Assembly (NCBI GenBank): GCA_035281645.1
Contig: DATEDN010000099.1
Location: 7,201-71,200 of the forward strand
Source of the DNA: Acidimicrobiia bacterium
GTDB lineage: Bacteria; Actinomycetota; Acidimicrobiia; Spongiisociales; ZC4RG35
Length of the DNA stretch: 64,000 nt
Direction: 5' to 3'
Position numbers and translations under genes: made by a program. How positions within the stretch are numbered: position 1 is the stretch's first letter; the number at the start of each line of letters is the position of its first letter. The notes under the pieces were generated by a model, which was not told the origin of the DNA, searched no databases, and saw nothing but the letters and a program-made list of their open reading frames with translations. Shown piece after piece: positions 17,442-24,658 of the stretch.

Positions 17442-19379
17442 TTAGCCTGATGCCGTTACTGCCTCGGAACGCTTGATCCCGGCAACCTCGTAGGCCTCGG
17501 CTTCGTCGAGGGTTTCCTTCTCCAACAGGGCCCCGGCAATGGCGTCAAGTTGCGAACGGTGCTCCTTGAGTACGGTCACGGCTCGCTGGTAGCAGTCATC
17601 GACGATGCGCCGCACCTCCTCGTCCATGAGCTCTTGAGTTCGCTCGCCTACCTCCGAAGCGAAGTACGGCTCGCGGTTCTCGTCGATCAGCGTGATCGGT
17701 CCGATGGCTTCGGACATCCCCCACTTGCCAACCATCGAACGGGCGATTCGGGTGACTTGCACGAGGTCGTTCTCAGCTCCGGTCGTGATCGTTCCAAAGA
17801 CGACGTCCTCGGCGGCACGTCCTCCCAAGGCTCCGACGATCCGACCTTCCAGATAGTTGCGGTCATACGCGTAGCGGTCGGCGTCGGGGGACTGAAAGGT
17901 CACCCCGAGCGCACGGCCGCGGGGGATGATCGAGATCTTCCGCACGGGATCGGCGCCCGGAAGAAGCATGCCCAACAGAGCATGGCCGGCTTCGTGGAAA
18001 GCGGTTCGCTCTTTCTCAGCCTCGCTCATCATTATTTGACGCTCGGTCCCGAGAACGATCTTCTCGAGAGCGTCGGCGAAGTCGGGCATCGTCACCTTCT
18101 CGTGATTCCGTCGAGCGGCCATCAACGCGGCTTCGTTGACCAGGTTGCGGAGGTCGGCTCCCACCATGCCCGGGGTCGAAGAAGCGATGGATGCCAGGTC
18201 GACATCCTCGGCCAAGGGGACATTCCGGGTGTGGACCTCGAGAATCATGAGCCGCCCGCGTTGGTCGGGCGGGCTCACCGCCACATGCCGGTCGAATCGA
18301 CCCGGCCGGAGCAGGGCGACGTCGAGAACCTCGGGCCGGTTGGTGGCGGCGATCACGATCACTCCTTCGGATCCAGTGAAGCCATCCATCTCGGTGAGGA
18401 TCTGGTTGAGGGTTTGTTCGCGTTCGTCGTGGCCGCCGAGAGAGACGCTTCCGCCGCGGGTGCGGCCGATGGCGTCAAGCTCGTCGATGAAGATGATGGC
18501 GGGGGCGACCTTTTTGGCCTCATCAAATAGGTCCCGGACCCGACTCGCCCCAACACCGACCACCATCTCGATGAACTCGGAGGCCGAGATGGAGAAAAAG
18601 GGTACGTCGGCCTCCCCGGCCACGGCTCGGGCGAGAAGAGTCTTGCCGGTCCCTGGAGGCCCTGAGAGCAGCACCCCTTTGGGGATGGCACCTCCCAACC
18701 GTGTGTACTTACCCGGATTCTTGAGGAAGTCGACGATCTCCAAAAGTTCCGCCTTGGCATCGTCGATGCCGGCGACGTCATCAAAAGTAGTTCTTTGCGT
18801 CGAAGCTTCGAAGCGCTTGGCCCGGCTGCGACCGAGCCCGCCGATGCCGCCGAGCGCCGACCCGGCCCGCCTCCACATCGAAACGAAAAGCCAGAGCAGG
18901 AGGAGGGTCGGCCCGAACCCGAAAAGCAATTGCTGCCAGATGGGGCGCTGCTCGGGATCGACCGCCGAGATCTCGACGCCGTTCTCCCGAAGCGTCTCCA
19001 CGAGCGAATCGTCCGCCCAGCTCGGTCGCACGGTCGAAAAGGCTTCGGCCATTTCTTCTGGGTTCTCGGGGTTGGCCTGCGCTTCCCGGAAAAGCCCTTC
19101 GATGCTGTCGCCCTGTGAAAAAACAGTTTCCACCTCGCCGTCCTCGACCGCGTCGAGGAACTGGCTGTAGGAGAGCTCGATTTCGGCCCGAGCGAAGAAG
19201 AGCGAGGTGAGATACCAGTTCACCGCAAAGAGGACCAGGGCGATGATCAGCAGACGGCGGTTGGGGGGGCGGCGGAGAAGGTTGGGCTGCTCCTCCGGAG
19301 CAGGCTCAGGCTTCTTCACGCCCTCGACTTTCCAGCCTGGCGGCTTCTTTTCGGCTTGCGGTGTGGAGCGGCCGGTCAT
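17442..19379 (-). CDS. ftsH: ATP-dependent zinc metalloprotease FtsH, paralog 1 (non-canonical context)
   Basis: Two N-terminal TM helices, Walker A GPPGTGKT, Walker B IIFIDELD, zinc site HEAGHA. Ends 7 nt upstream of the helicase start. Confidence 0.9.
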   Translation of the reverse strand: MTGRSTPQAEKKPPGWKVEGVKKPEPAPEEQPNLLRRPPNRRLLIIALVLFAVNWYLTSLFFARAEIELSYSQFLDAVEDGEVETVFSQGDSIEGLFREAQANPENPEEMAEAFSTVRPSWADDSLVETLRENGVEISAVDPEQRPIWQQLLFGFGPTLLLLWLFVSMWRRAGSALGGIGGLGRSRAKRFEASTQRTTFDDVAGIDDAKAELLEIVDFLKNPGKYTRLGGAIPKGVLLSGPPGTGKTLLARAVAGEADVPFFSISASEFIEMVVGVGASRVRDLFDEAKKVAPAIIFIDELDAIGRTRGGSVSLGGHDEREQTLNQILTEMDGFTGSEGVIVIAATNRPEVLDVALLRPGRFDRHVAVSPPDQRGRLMILEVHTRNVPLAEDVDLASIASSTPGMVGADLRNLVNEAALMAARRNHEKVTMPDFADALEKIVLGTERQIMMSEAEKERTAFHEAGHALLGMLLPGADPVRKISIIPRGRALGVTFQSPDADRYAYDRNYLEGRIVGALGGRAAEDVVFGTITTGAENDLVQVTRIARSMVGKWGMSEAIGPITLIDENREPYFASEVGERTQELMDEEVRRIVDDCYQRAVTVLKEHRSQLDAIAGALLEKETLDEAEAYEVAGIKRSEAVTASG

Positions 19380-19438
19380 TCGGTGTCGGAATCGTACCGA
19401 TCGCGCCCTTCTAGGGAACCGGGTCTAACTTCTCGACG

Positions 19439-21166
19439 GTGATCTCCAATGGACGCATACTCGGGATGCTCGCCGAGATGGCGCGCTTGATCACGATCGA
19501 CGAAGGCACCTCTCAGGCCTTCAAAGTGCGAGCGTATGAGAACGCTATCCACGGCATCGAGGGCTACTCAGGCAATGTGGCCGAGCTGGATGCCAAGGCG
19601 ATGGCAGGGATAAAGGGGGTCGGGCCATCCATTGCCGCTCGCATCGTCGAGTTCATCGAGACCGGCTCGGTGAAAAGACTCGACGAGTTGCGAAGCTCGT
19701 ATCCGGCGGAGTTCGTCGAGTTGTTGAAGATCCCCGGCCTTGGCCCGAAGACCCTGAAAATGCTGCGAAGCGAGCTCGGCATCGGAAATCTCGACGACCT
19801 CAAAGCCGCCCTTGAGCGGGAGGCACTTCGGGCTTTGCCGGGCATGGGGAAAACCTCGGAGGAGAAGATCGCCCGGGCGATCGACCGGTTGGGACTTCAC
19901 GGCAAGGATCGACGGACTCCGATCGCCGAGGCGTGGCCCGTGGCCACCTCATTGGCAACGGAGCTGGCCGCGATCGATGGGGTCACGGCGGCGGTCCCCG
20001 CTGGATCGCTGCGTCGCCTCGCTGAGACCATCGGAGATATCGACATCGTGGTGGCGGCGGGCGACGCCCAGCCAGTCATGGATGCAGTAGCGGGCCATTC
20101 CTTGGCGCAATCGGTGGTGGGAAGCGGGGAGAAGAAGACCTCGGTCATAACTCGATCGGGTATGCAGATCGATGTTCGGGTCGTGTCCCCTTCTCAGCTC
20201 GGTGCGGCTCTTCTCTACTTCACGGGATCGAAAGCCCACAACATCTCACTCCGCCAAAGAGCGATCGATCGAGGTTGGTTGCTCAACGAATATGGGCTCT
20301 TCGAGGGCGACACGGTCATCGCCGCAGAGACAGAAGAGGTGATCTACAAGTCCCTCGATCTCCCGCTACTCCCTCCTCCTATCCGCGAGAACAGTGGCGA
20401 GATCCAGGCTGCCGCCAAGGGCACTCTCCCCGCCCTCGTCCACTTCGACCAGATCAAAGGGGACCTCCACTTCCACTCCGACCGGTCCGGCGATGGCCGC
20501 TCGACCCTGGAGGAGATGGTGGCCGCGGTCGCGGCTCGCGGTTATCACTACCTGGCGATCACCGAGCACGGCGAAGATCTCGCCATCAACGGGTCGAGCC
20601 GGGAGCAGATGCTTGCTCACCGAGACCGGATCCGCAGTGTCGGTGAGCAGTACCCGGATATGACGTTGCTCTACGGATGCGAACTCAATATCGGTCCCAC
20701 AGGTGGCCTCGACTACGACCTTGATTTCCGATTGCTCTTCGACTGGTGCGTGGCCTCGGTTCATTCCTCGTTCGACCTCCCCGCCCAGCAGCAGACCGCG
20801 CGTCTGTTGCGAGCCATGTCCGATCCAGCCGTGAACGTGATTGGACATCTCACCGGTCGCTACATCGGCCGGCGACCGGGAATCGAGCTCGACCTGGACT
20901 CGGTGCTGGAGGGACTCGCCGTTTCGGGAGTGGCCCTGGAAGTCAACGGCGCCCTCGACCGTCTGGACGCGTCGGCTGAGACCATTCGCCGGGCGGTGGC
21001 CGCGGGGGTGAAGCTTGTCATCTCCACCGACTCCCACCACACCTCCGACCTCCGTCGCATGGAGTTCGGGGTGGCGAACGCCCAAAGGGGCTGGGCCGCT
21101 TCAGCCGATGTCCTCAACACCCTCGACTCCCCGGCCTTCCTCGACTTCGCGAGGTCTCGCCGCTGA
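19439..21166 (+). CDS. polX: family X DNA polymerase with C-terminal PHP (3'-5' exonuclease/phosphoesterase) domain
   Basis: N-terminal HhH repeats (FKVRAYENAIHGI, IKGVGPSIAARI, IPGLGPKT), polymerase core GSLRRLAETIGDIDIVV, and PHP motifs DLHFHSDRSGDG...ITEHG...DSH. Confidence 0.9.
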   Translation: MISNGRILGMLAEMARLITIDEGTSQAFKVRAYENAIHGIEGYSGNVAELDAKAMAGIKGVGPSIAARIVEFIETGSVKRLDELRSSYPAEFVELLKIPGLGPKTLKMLRSELGIGNLDDLKAALEREALRALPGMGKTSEEKIARAIDRLGLHGKDRRTPIAEAWPVATSLATELAAIDGVTAAVPAGSLRRLAETIGDIDIVVAAGDAQPVMDAVAGHSLAQSVVGSGEKKTSVITRSGMQIDVRVVSPSQLGAALLYFTGSKAHNISLRQRAIDRGWLLNEYGLFEGDTVIAAETEEVIYKSLDLPLLPPPIRENSGEIQAAAKGTLPALVHFDQIKGDLHFHSDRSGDGRSTLEEMVAAVAARGYHYLAITEHGEDLAINGSSREQMLAHRDRIRSVGEQYPDMTLLYGCELNIGPTGGLDYDLDFRLLFDWCVASVHSSFDLPAQQQTARLLRAMSDPAVNVIGHLTGRYIGRRPGIELDLDSVLEGLAVSGVALEVNGALDRLDASAETIRRAVAAGVKLVISTDSHHTSDLRRMEFGVANAQRGWAASADVLNTLDSPAFLDFARSRR

Positions 21167-21170
21167 GCTT

Positions 21171-21214
21171 CTTGCGTAGAATCGCGCCCCAAATCGGGGG
21201 GGTTGTTACGCAAG
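21171..21214 (+). terminator. stem-loop between the polX stop and the LCP start
   Basis: Outer 8-bp stem CTTGCGTA (21171-78) / TACGCAAG (21207-14) plus an inner C4/G4 stem. No T-tract. The right arm ends 1 nt before ATG 21216. Confidence 0.35.
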
Positions 21215-21215
21215 T

Positions 21216-22379
21216 ATGAGATGGTCTGTAGTCGCGCTCGTTTTCTTCCTCGCCTGTAGCCCGGCGGTGACAGAGACGGTGACGCCCCCTTCTCCACCAC
21301 CGTCCACTACGGTCACGTCTGCTACCACCGCCACCACCGAAGCCGCCCCCCGGCCGACGCCTCTCCGAGGGGGAGGGACCACGTGGCGTCAGGCGGTGGC
21401 CAACGTCTACGGACGAGCCTGTGACGGCGATCGGTCGCTTGTCCCTCCCGAGATGAAGGACTGGGCGATGGCTGACGAGTGTCCTCTCGATGGCACGGCC
21501 TCGAGCGCCATGATCGCGGGAACCACCGTTGCGGTGGCCGCACTCGGAAACGATGTGATCTACGGCTTCGACCAGGGGAGCGGGTTCCAAATCGTCGCCG
21601 CCCGGGTGCCATCGTTGGAGGGTGCCTATTACGGACCGCTTCCCAAAACTGTGGCCGTGATCGGCTCCGATGCCCGGCCCGGGGAGGAGGCCAGCATTTC
21701 CCGGGCCGACAGCATCCATATCTTCGGCCTCGATGGCAAGGGACGAGGGGCGATCGTCGGAGTACCACGCGACTCTTGGGTCGACTACGCCGGCGGAGGA
21801 AGAGGGAAGATCAACGGGTCACTATCCCTCGGGGGGCCAGAGCTGTTTCTCCAGACCTTGGCCAACGTCACCGGACTCAACTATGACGGCTACCTGCTCA
21901 CCGGATTCGAGGGCTTCCAGGAGTTGTGGGGAAACGTCCTCGGCGGAGCCAACCTGGAGCTGGCCTCAGCTCTCGTTGACCGCTCTTCCGGGGCCAACTT
22001 CAGCCCCGGGTTTCAGTATTTCAACGGTCCCCAGGCGCTCTCTTTTGCCCGCGCCCGGAAGAACCTCTCCGGAGGCGACCTGCAAAGGTCATTGCACGGC
22101 GGAATGCTGTTGCAGGGTGCCCTCAGCGCGGTGCAGCACCTCGGACCGCTGGCGCTCCCGTCCATGATGCAACGAGGTTGGCCGTGGTTGGTTACCGATC
22201 TCACCGCCGGGGAGATCCTCGCCGTGGCCGCCGTCGCTGTTGACACTCCCCTTCCCGCCGTCGCCAACGCGGTGGCGCCGGGACGAATCGGCACTGCCGG
22301 CGCCGCCTCGGTGGTCTACCTCACCCCAGGTGCGGGCGAGATGTTCGGGGATCTCGTCGACGGATCTCTCGGCCCTTGA
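21216..22379 (+). CDS. LCP (LytR-CpsA-Psr) family glycopolymer transferase
   Basis: N-terminal TM/signal region and LCP core IGSDARPGEE...RADSIHIFGLD...VPRDSWV...KINGSLSLGGP...GYLLTGFEGF. Confidence 0.85.
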   Translation: MRWSVVALVFFLACSPAVTETVTPPSPPPSTTVTSATTATTEAAPRPTPLRGGGTTWRQAVANVYGRACDGDRSLVPPEMKDWAMADECPLDGTASSAMIAGTTVAVAALGNDVIYGFDQGSGFQIVAARVPSLEGAYYGPLPKTVAVIGSDARPGEEASISRADSIHIFGLDGKGRGAIVGVPRDSWVDYAGGGRGKINGSLSLGGPELFLQTLANVTGLNYDGYLLTGFEGFQELWGNVLGGANLELASALVDRSSGANFSPGFQYFNGPQALSFARARKNLSGGDLQRSLHGGMLLQGALSAVQHLGPLALPSMMQRGWPWLVTDLTAGEILAVAAVAVDTPLPAVANAVAPGRIGTAGAASVVYLTPGAGEMFGDLVDGSLGP

Positions 22380-23209
22380 CGATGGGCTCTGGTCGAGAGT
22401 TGATCACCGGCAAGACCGTGTCCGCCGACGACCTGTCGGCGATGATGTCTGCATTCTTCGGCGACCGGATCCCGCCGGTGACCGCTCTCGCCGACGAGGG
22501 CTCTTCAACCCGCTTGATCAAGCTCGGCGGCCGGGAACGACTCGTCACCTTCAATGACACGACGCGACTTGGTCGGCGCCCCCGGGCGCTAGAGGCCGCC
22601 CTCGCTGGGGGCTTGCCGGTGGTCGCCTTGATTCGCCACGGTCGCACCGCCGCCAACCTGGCCGGGCGGTGGCAGGGCAGTATGGATGACGTCCTGGATG
22701 AGATCGGTGAGAAGCAAGCAGCCGCTCTCCTCGGTTGGTACGGCGGCTTGGAATCGGTCTGGACCTCACCGGCGCGGCGGGCCGCCGCCACCGCGGCCGC
22801 ACTCCATTCCCAGCCGAGCCATCACCCCGACTTGGTGGAGCTCAATTTCGGCAAGTGGGAGGGTCTCACCACCGAAGAGATCCGGGCGACCGGAGGGCTC
22901 TTTGATCAGATCTTCGTCGATGGAAGCGACCACCCCCGAGGGGAAACCGGAGAGACCTGGGCCCTTCTCGAACGGCGTATGCGCAAGGCGCTCGTGGAGA
23001 TCGAACCGGCTGGAGGCAAGATCACCGGAGTTGTCACCCATGGAGCCGCAATCCGAGCAGTAATCACCTCTCTGACCGGGAGCGGATGGCGGGGTGCCGC
23101 CAACATTCTGACCCCCGCCAACACATCGGTAACCCATTTGGTGATGGGCGATACACCAACGGTGATCGACTACGGGCTGGCACCCCACCTGGACGATTCG
23201 CTGCAATGA
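22376..23209 (+). CDS. histidine phosphatase (PGM-like) family protein with an unassigned N-terminal extension of about 80 aa
   Basis: RHG motif LIRHGRTAANLAGRWQG and a C-terminal THGAAIRA. TTGA overlap with the LCP stop; ATG 22382 is an alternative start. Confidence 0.75.
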   Translation: MTMGSGRELITGKTVSADDLSAMMSAFFGDRIPPVTALADEGSSTRLIKLGGRERLVTFNDTTRLGRRPRALEAALAGGLPVVALIRHGRTAANLAGRWQGSMDDVLDEIGEKQAAALLGWYGGLESVWTSPARRAAATAAALHSQPSHHPDLVELNFGKWEGLTTEEIRATGGLFDQIFVDGSDHPRGETGETWALLERRMRKALVEIEPAGGKITGVVTHGAAIRAVITSLTGSGWRGAANILTPANTSVTHLVMGDTPTVIDYGLAPHLDDSLQ

Positions 23210-23799
23210 CGCGTTATGACTCGCGTCGCTATGCGCTCATCAATCGCTGGAACCCCCGCAACTTCGAGATCATCCGCGATTGGGTCAAACCAAAGCCCGG
23301 TGATCGAATCCTCGACGTCGGATGCGGTAGGGGGCACCTGGTGAATGCTTTGCGATCGGTAGGTGTCGATGCTGAGGGCATCGATCTCAACCCCAACGCA
23401 GCAGAGGTGGCGATGGTGTCACAGGTCAAGACCATGTCGGCGACCTCGCTCGACTACGAAGATGGATACTTCGATGCCATCGTCTCCTTCCACGCCGTTG
23501 AACACATCCCTGATGTCAAAGCGGCACTGGGGGAGATGGCGCGAGTGGTACGTCCCGGCGGCAAGGTGTTGCTGATCTATCCAGCCGAGCCGGTGCGGGG
23601 CTTGTTTGCAGTTCCAACGGCAGTGATTCTTCATGGCAACCCACTCAAGGCTCGTCAAGTCCACGTCCACAAGCTCAATCCCGGCCGGGTGGAGACCTTG
23701 CTTTGGGGAGTCGGTCTGACTCCGCTTCGATCACAACGTCGTCTTTGGCCCTCACCCGAATACGCCACCCTGTCCGAGAAGCCTGGAGCAGCCGGTTAA
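23206..23799 (+). CDS. class I SAM-dependent methyltransferase
   Basis: Motif I ILDVGCGRGHL and a post-I acidic residue. ATGA overlap with the upstream stop at 23206-23209. Confidence 0.8.
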   Translation: MTRYDSRRYALINRWNPRNFEIIRDWVKPKPGDRILDVGCGRGHLVNALRSVGVDAEGIDLNPNAAEVAMVSQVKTMSATSLDYEDGYFDAIVSFHAVEHIPDVKAALGEMARVVRPGGKVLLIYPAEPVRGLFAVPTAVILHGNPLKARQVHVHKLNPGRVETLLWGVGLTPLRSQRRLWPSPEYATLSEKPGAAG

Positions 23800-24484
23800 C
23801 GCGCTAGTAGTTCTCGCCGGTGGAAGCGGTGCCCGTGCCGGCAGTTCTGACAGCAACAAGGTCTACGCGGAGGTGAACGGTAGGCCCCTCCTCTGGTACC
23901 CATTGCAGGCGGCCGCCCACTTCCGCGAGACCACCAGGATCGTCGTCGTGACCCGCCCGCAGGATGAACACCTGGCATCCGCCTTGGCGGCCGAATTCCC
24001 GAACCCACCACGGTTGGTCCACGGAGGACCGACTCGCCATGCCAGCGAACGACAGGGAATCGAAGCTGCCCTTGAAGAGGTTGGGGGCGACGCGTTGATC
24101 GGGATCCACGACGGAGCGCGGCCATTTCTGACCGTCGACCTCTGGCAAGCCTGTACGAACGTGGCTACTGCCCACGGAGGAGCTGTCCCAACTCTGGATG
24201 CGGGCCCTCTCTACCGCCTCAAAAGTGGTGCCTTGTCACCTTTGCAACATGGGGTCCGCAAAGCTCAGACCCCACAGGTCTTTAGGGCTGGAGCATTGGT
24301 ACGAGCCTTTCAGCGGTCAACGGGGGTGACACCTGATACGGCGGAGACAGTCATGCGCCACGGCGACCTCCAAATCGCGGCCGTCCCCGGCGACCGGCGC
24401 AACATCAAGGTGACCTATCCGGGCGATCTCGATCGAGCGTGCCAGCTCGCCGAATCGTGGAGCGAAGGGCGATGGCTAATTTGA
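23783..24484 (+). CDS. ispD: 2-C-methyl-D-erythritol 4-phosphate cytidylyltransferase (IspD/TarI family); 5' boundary uncertain
   Basis: HDGARPF, AQTPQVF and NIKVTYPGDL are present. The conserved N-terminal VVLAGGSGARAG is encoded at 23807-23842, upstream of the first canonical start (GTG 23873). The only start-like in-frame codon after the stop at 23717 is CTG 23783. Confidence 0.75.
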   Translation: MEQPVNALVVLAGGSGARAGSSDSNKVYAEVNGRPLLWYPLQAAAHFRETTRIVVVTRPQDEHLASALAAEFPNPPRLVHGGPTRHASERQGIEAALEEVGGDALIGIHDGARPFLTVDLWQACTNVATAHGGAVPTLDAGPLYRLKSGALSPLQHGVRKAQTPQVFRAGALVRAFQRSTGVTPDTAETVMRHGDLQIAAVPGDRRNIKVTYPGDLDRACQLAESWSEGRWLI

Positions 24485-24658
24485 GGGCGGACCCTGAGGC
24501 CGTTTTTGGTAGAGCCAAATCCAGAGGCCGATGTGGGCGGCGATCCCCACCCCCAGGACCACTGCCACAATCGGATAGCCGAGGATCAGGGCCACTATCG
24601 ATGCCACCACCGCTCCCGCCACGAGTGTGGTGCGAACGCCGTTGAGCGGCCCGAACAT
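24476..24658 (-). CDS. small hydrophobic protein coupled to topA
   Basis: 60 aa with two predicted TM helices. Its ATG overlaps the topA stop by 1 nt (TGATG). Confidence 0.4.
   Translation of the reverse strand: MFGPLNGVRTTLVAGAVVASIVALILGYPIVAVVLGVGIAAHIGLWIWLYQKRPQGPPSN

Noticed and set aside
17550-19170. Plus-strand ORFs of 326 and 344 aa antisense to ftsH paralog 1
   Set aside because: They show a shadow-frame composition (Ser/Arg/Pro-rich), whereas the minus strand carries a complete FtsH motif set.
19380-19438. SOS box or RecA-independent damage promoter in the ftsH/polX divergent spacer
   Set aside because: There is no TCGAAC-N4-GTTCGA-like LexA box. The TGTCGG present is not followed by a TAnnnT -10 at the expected spacing.
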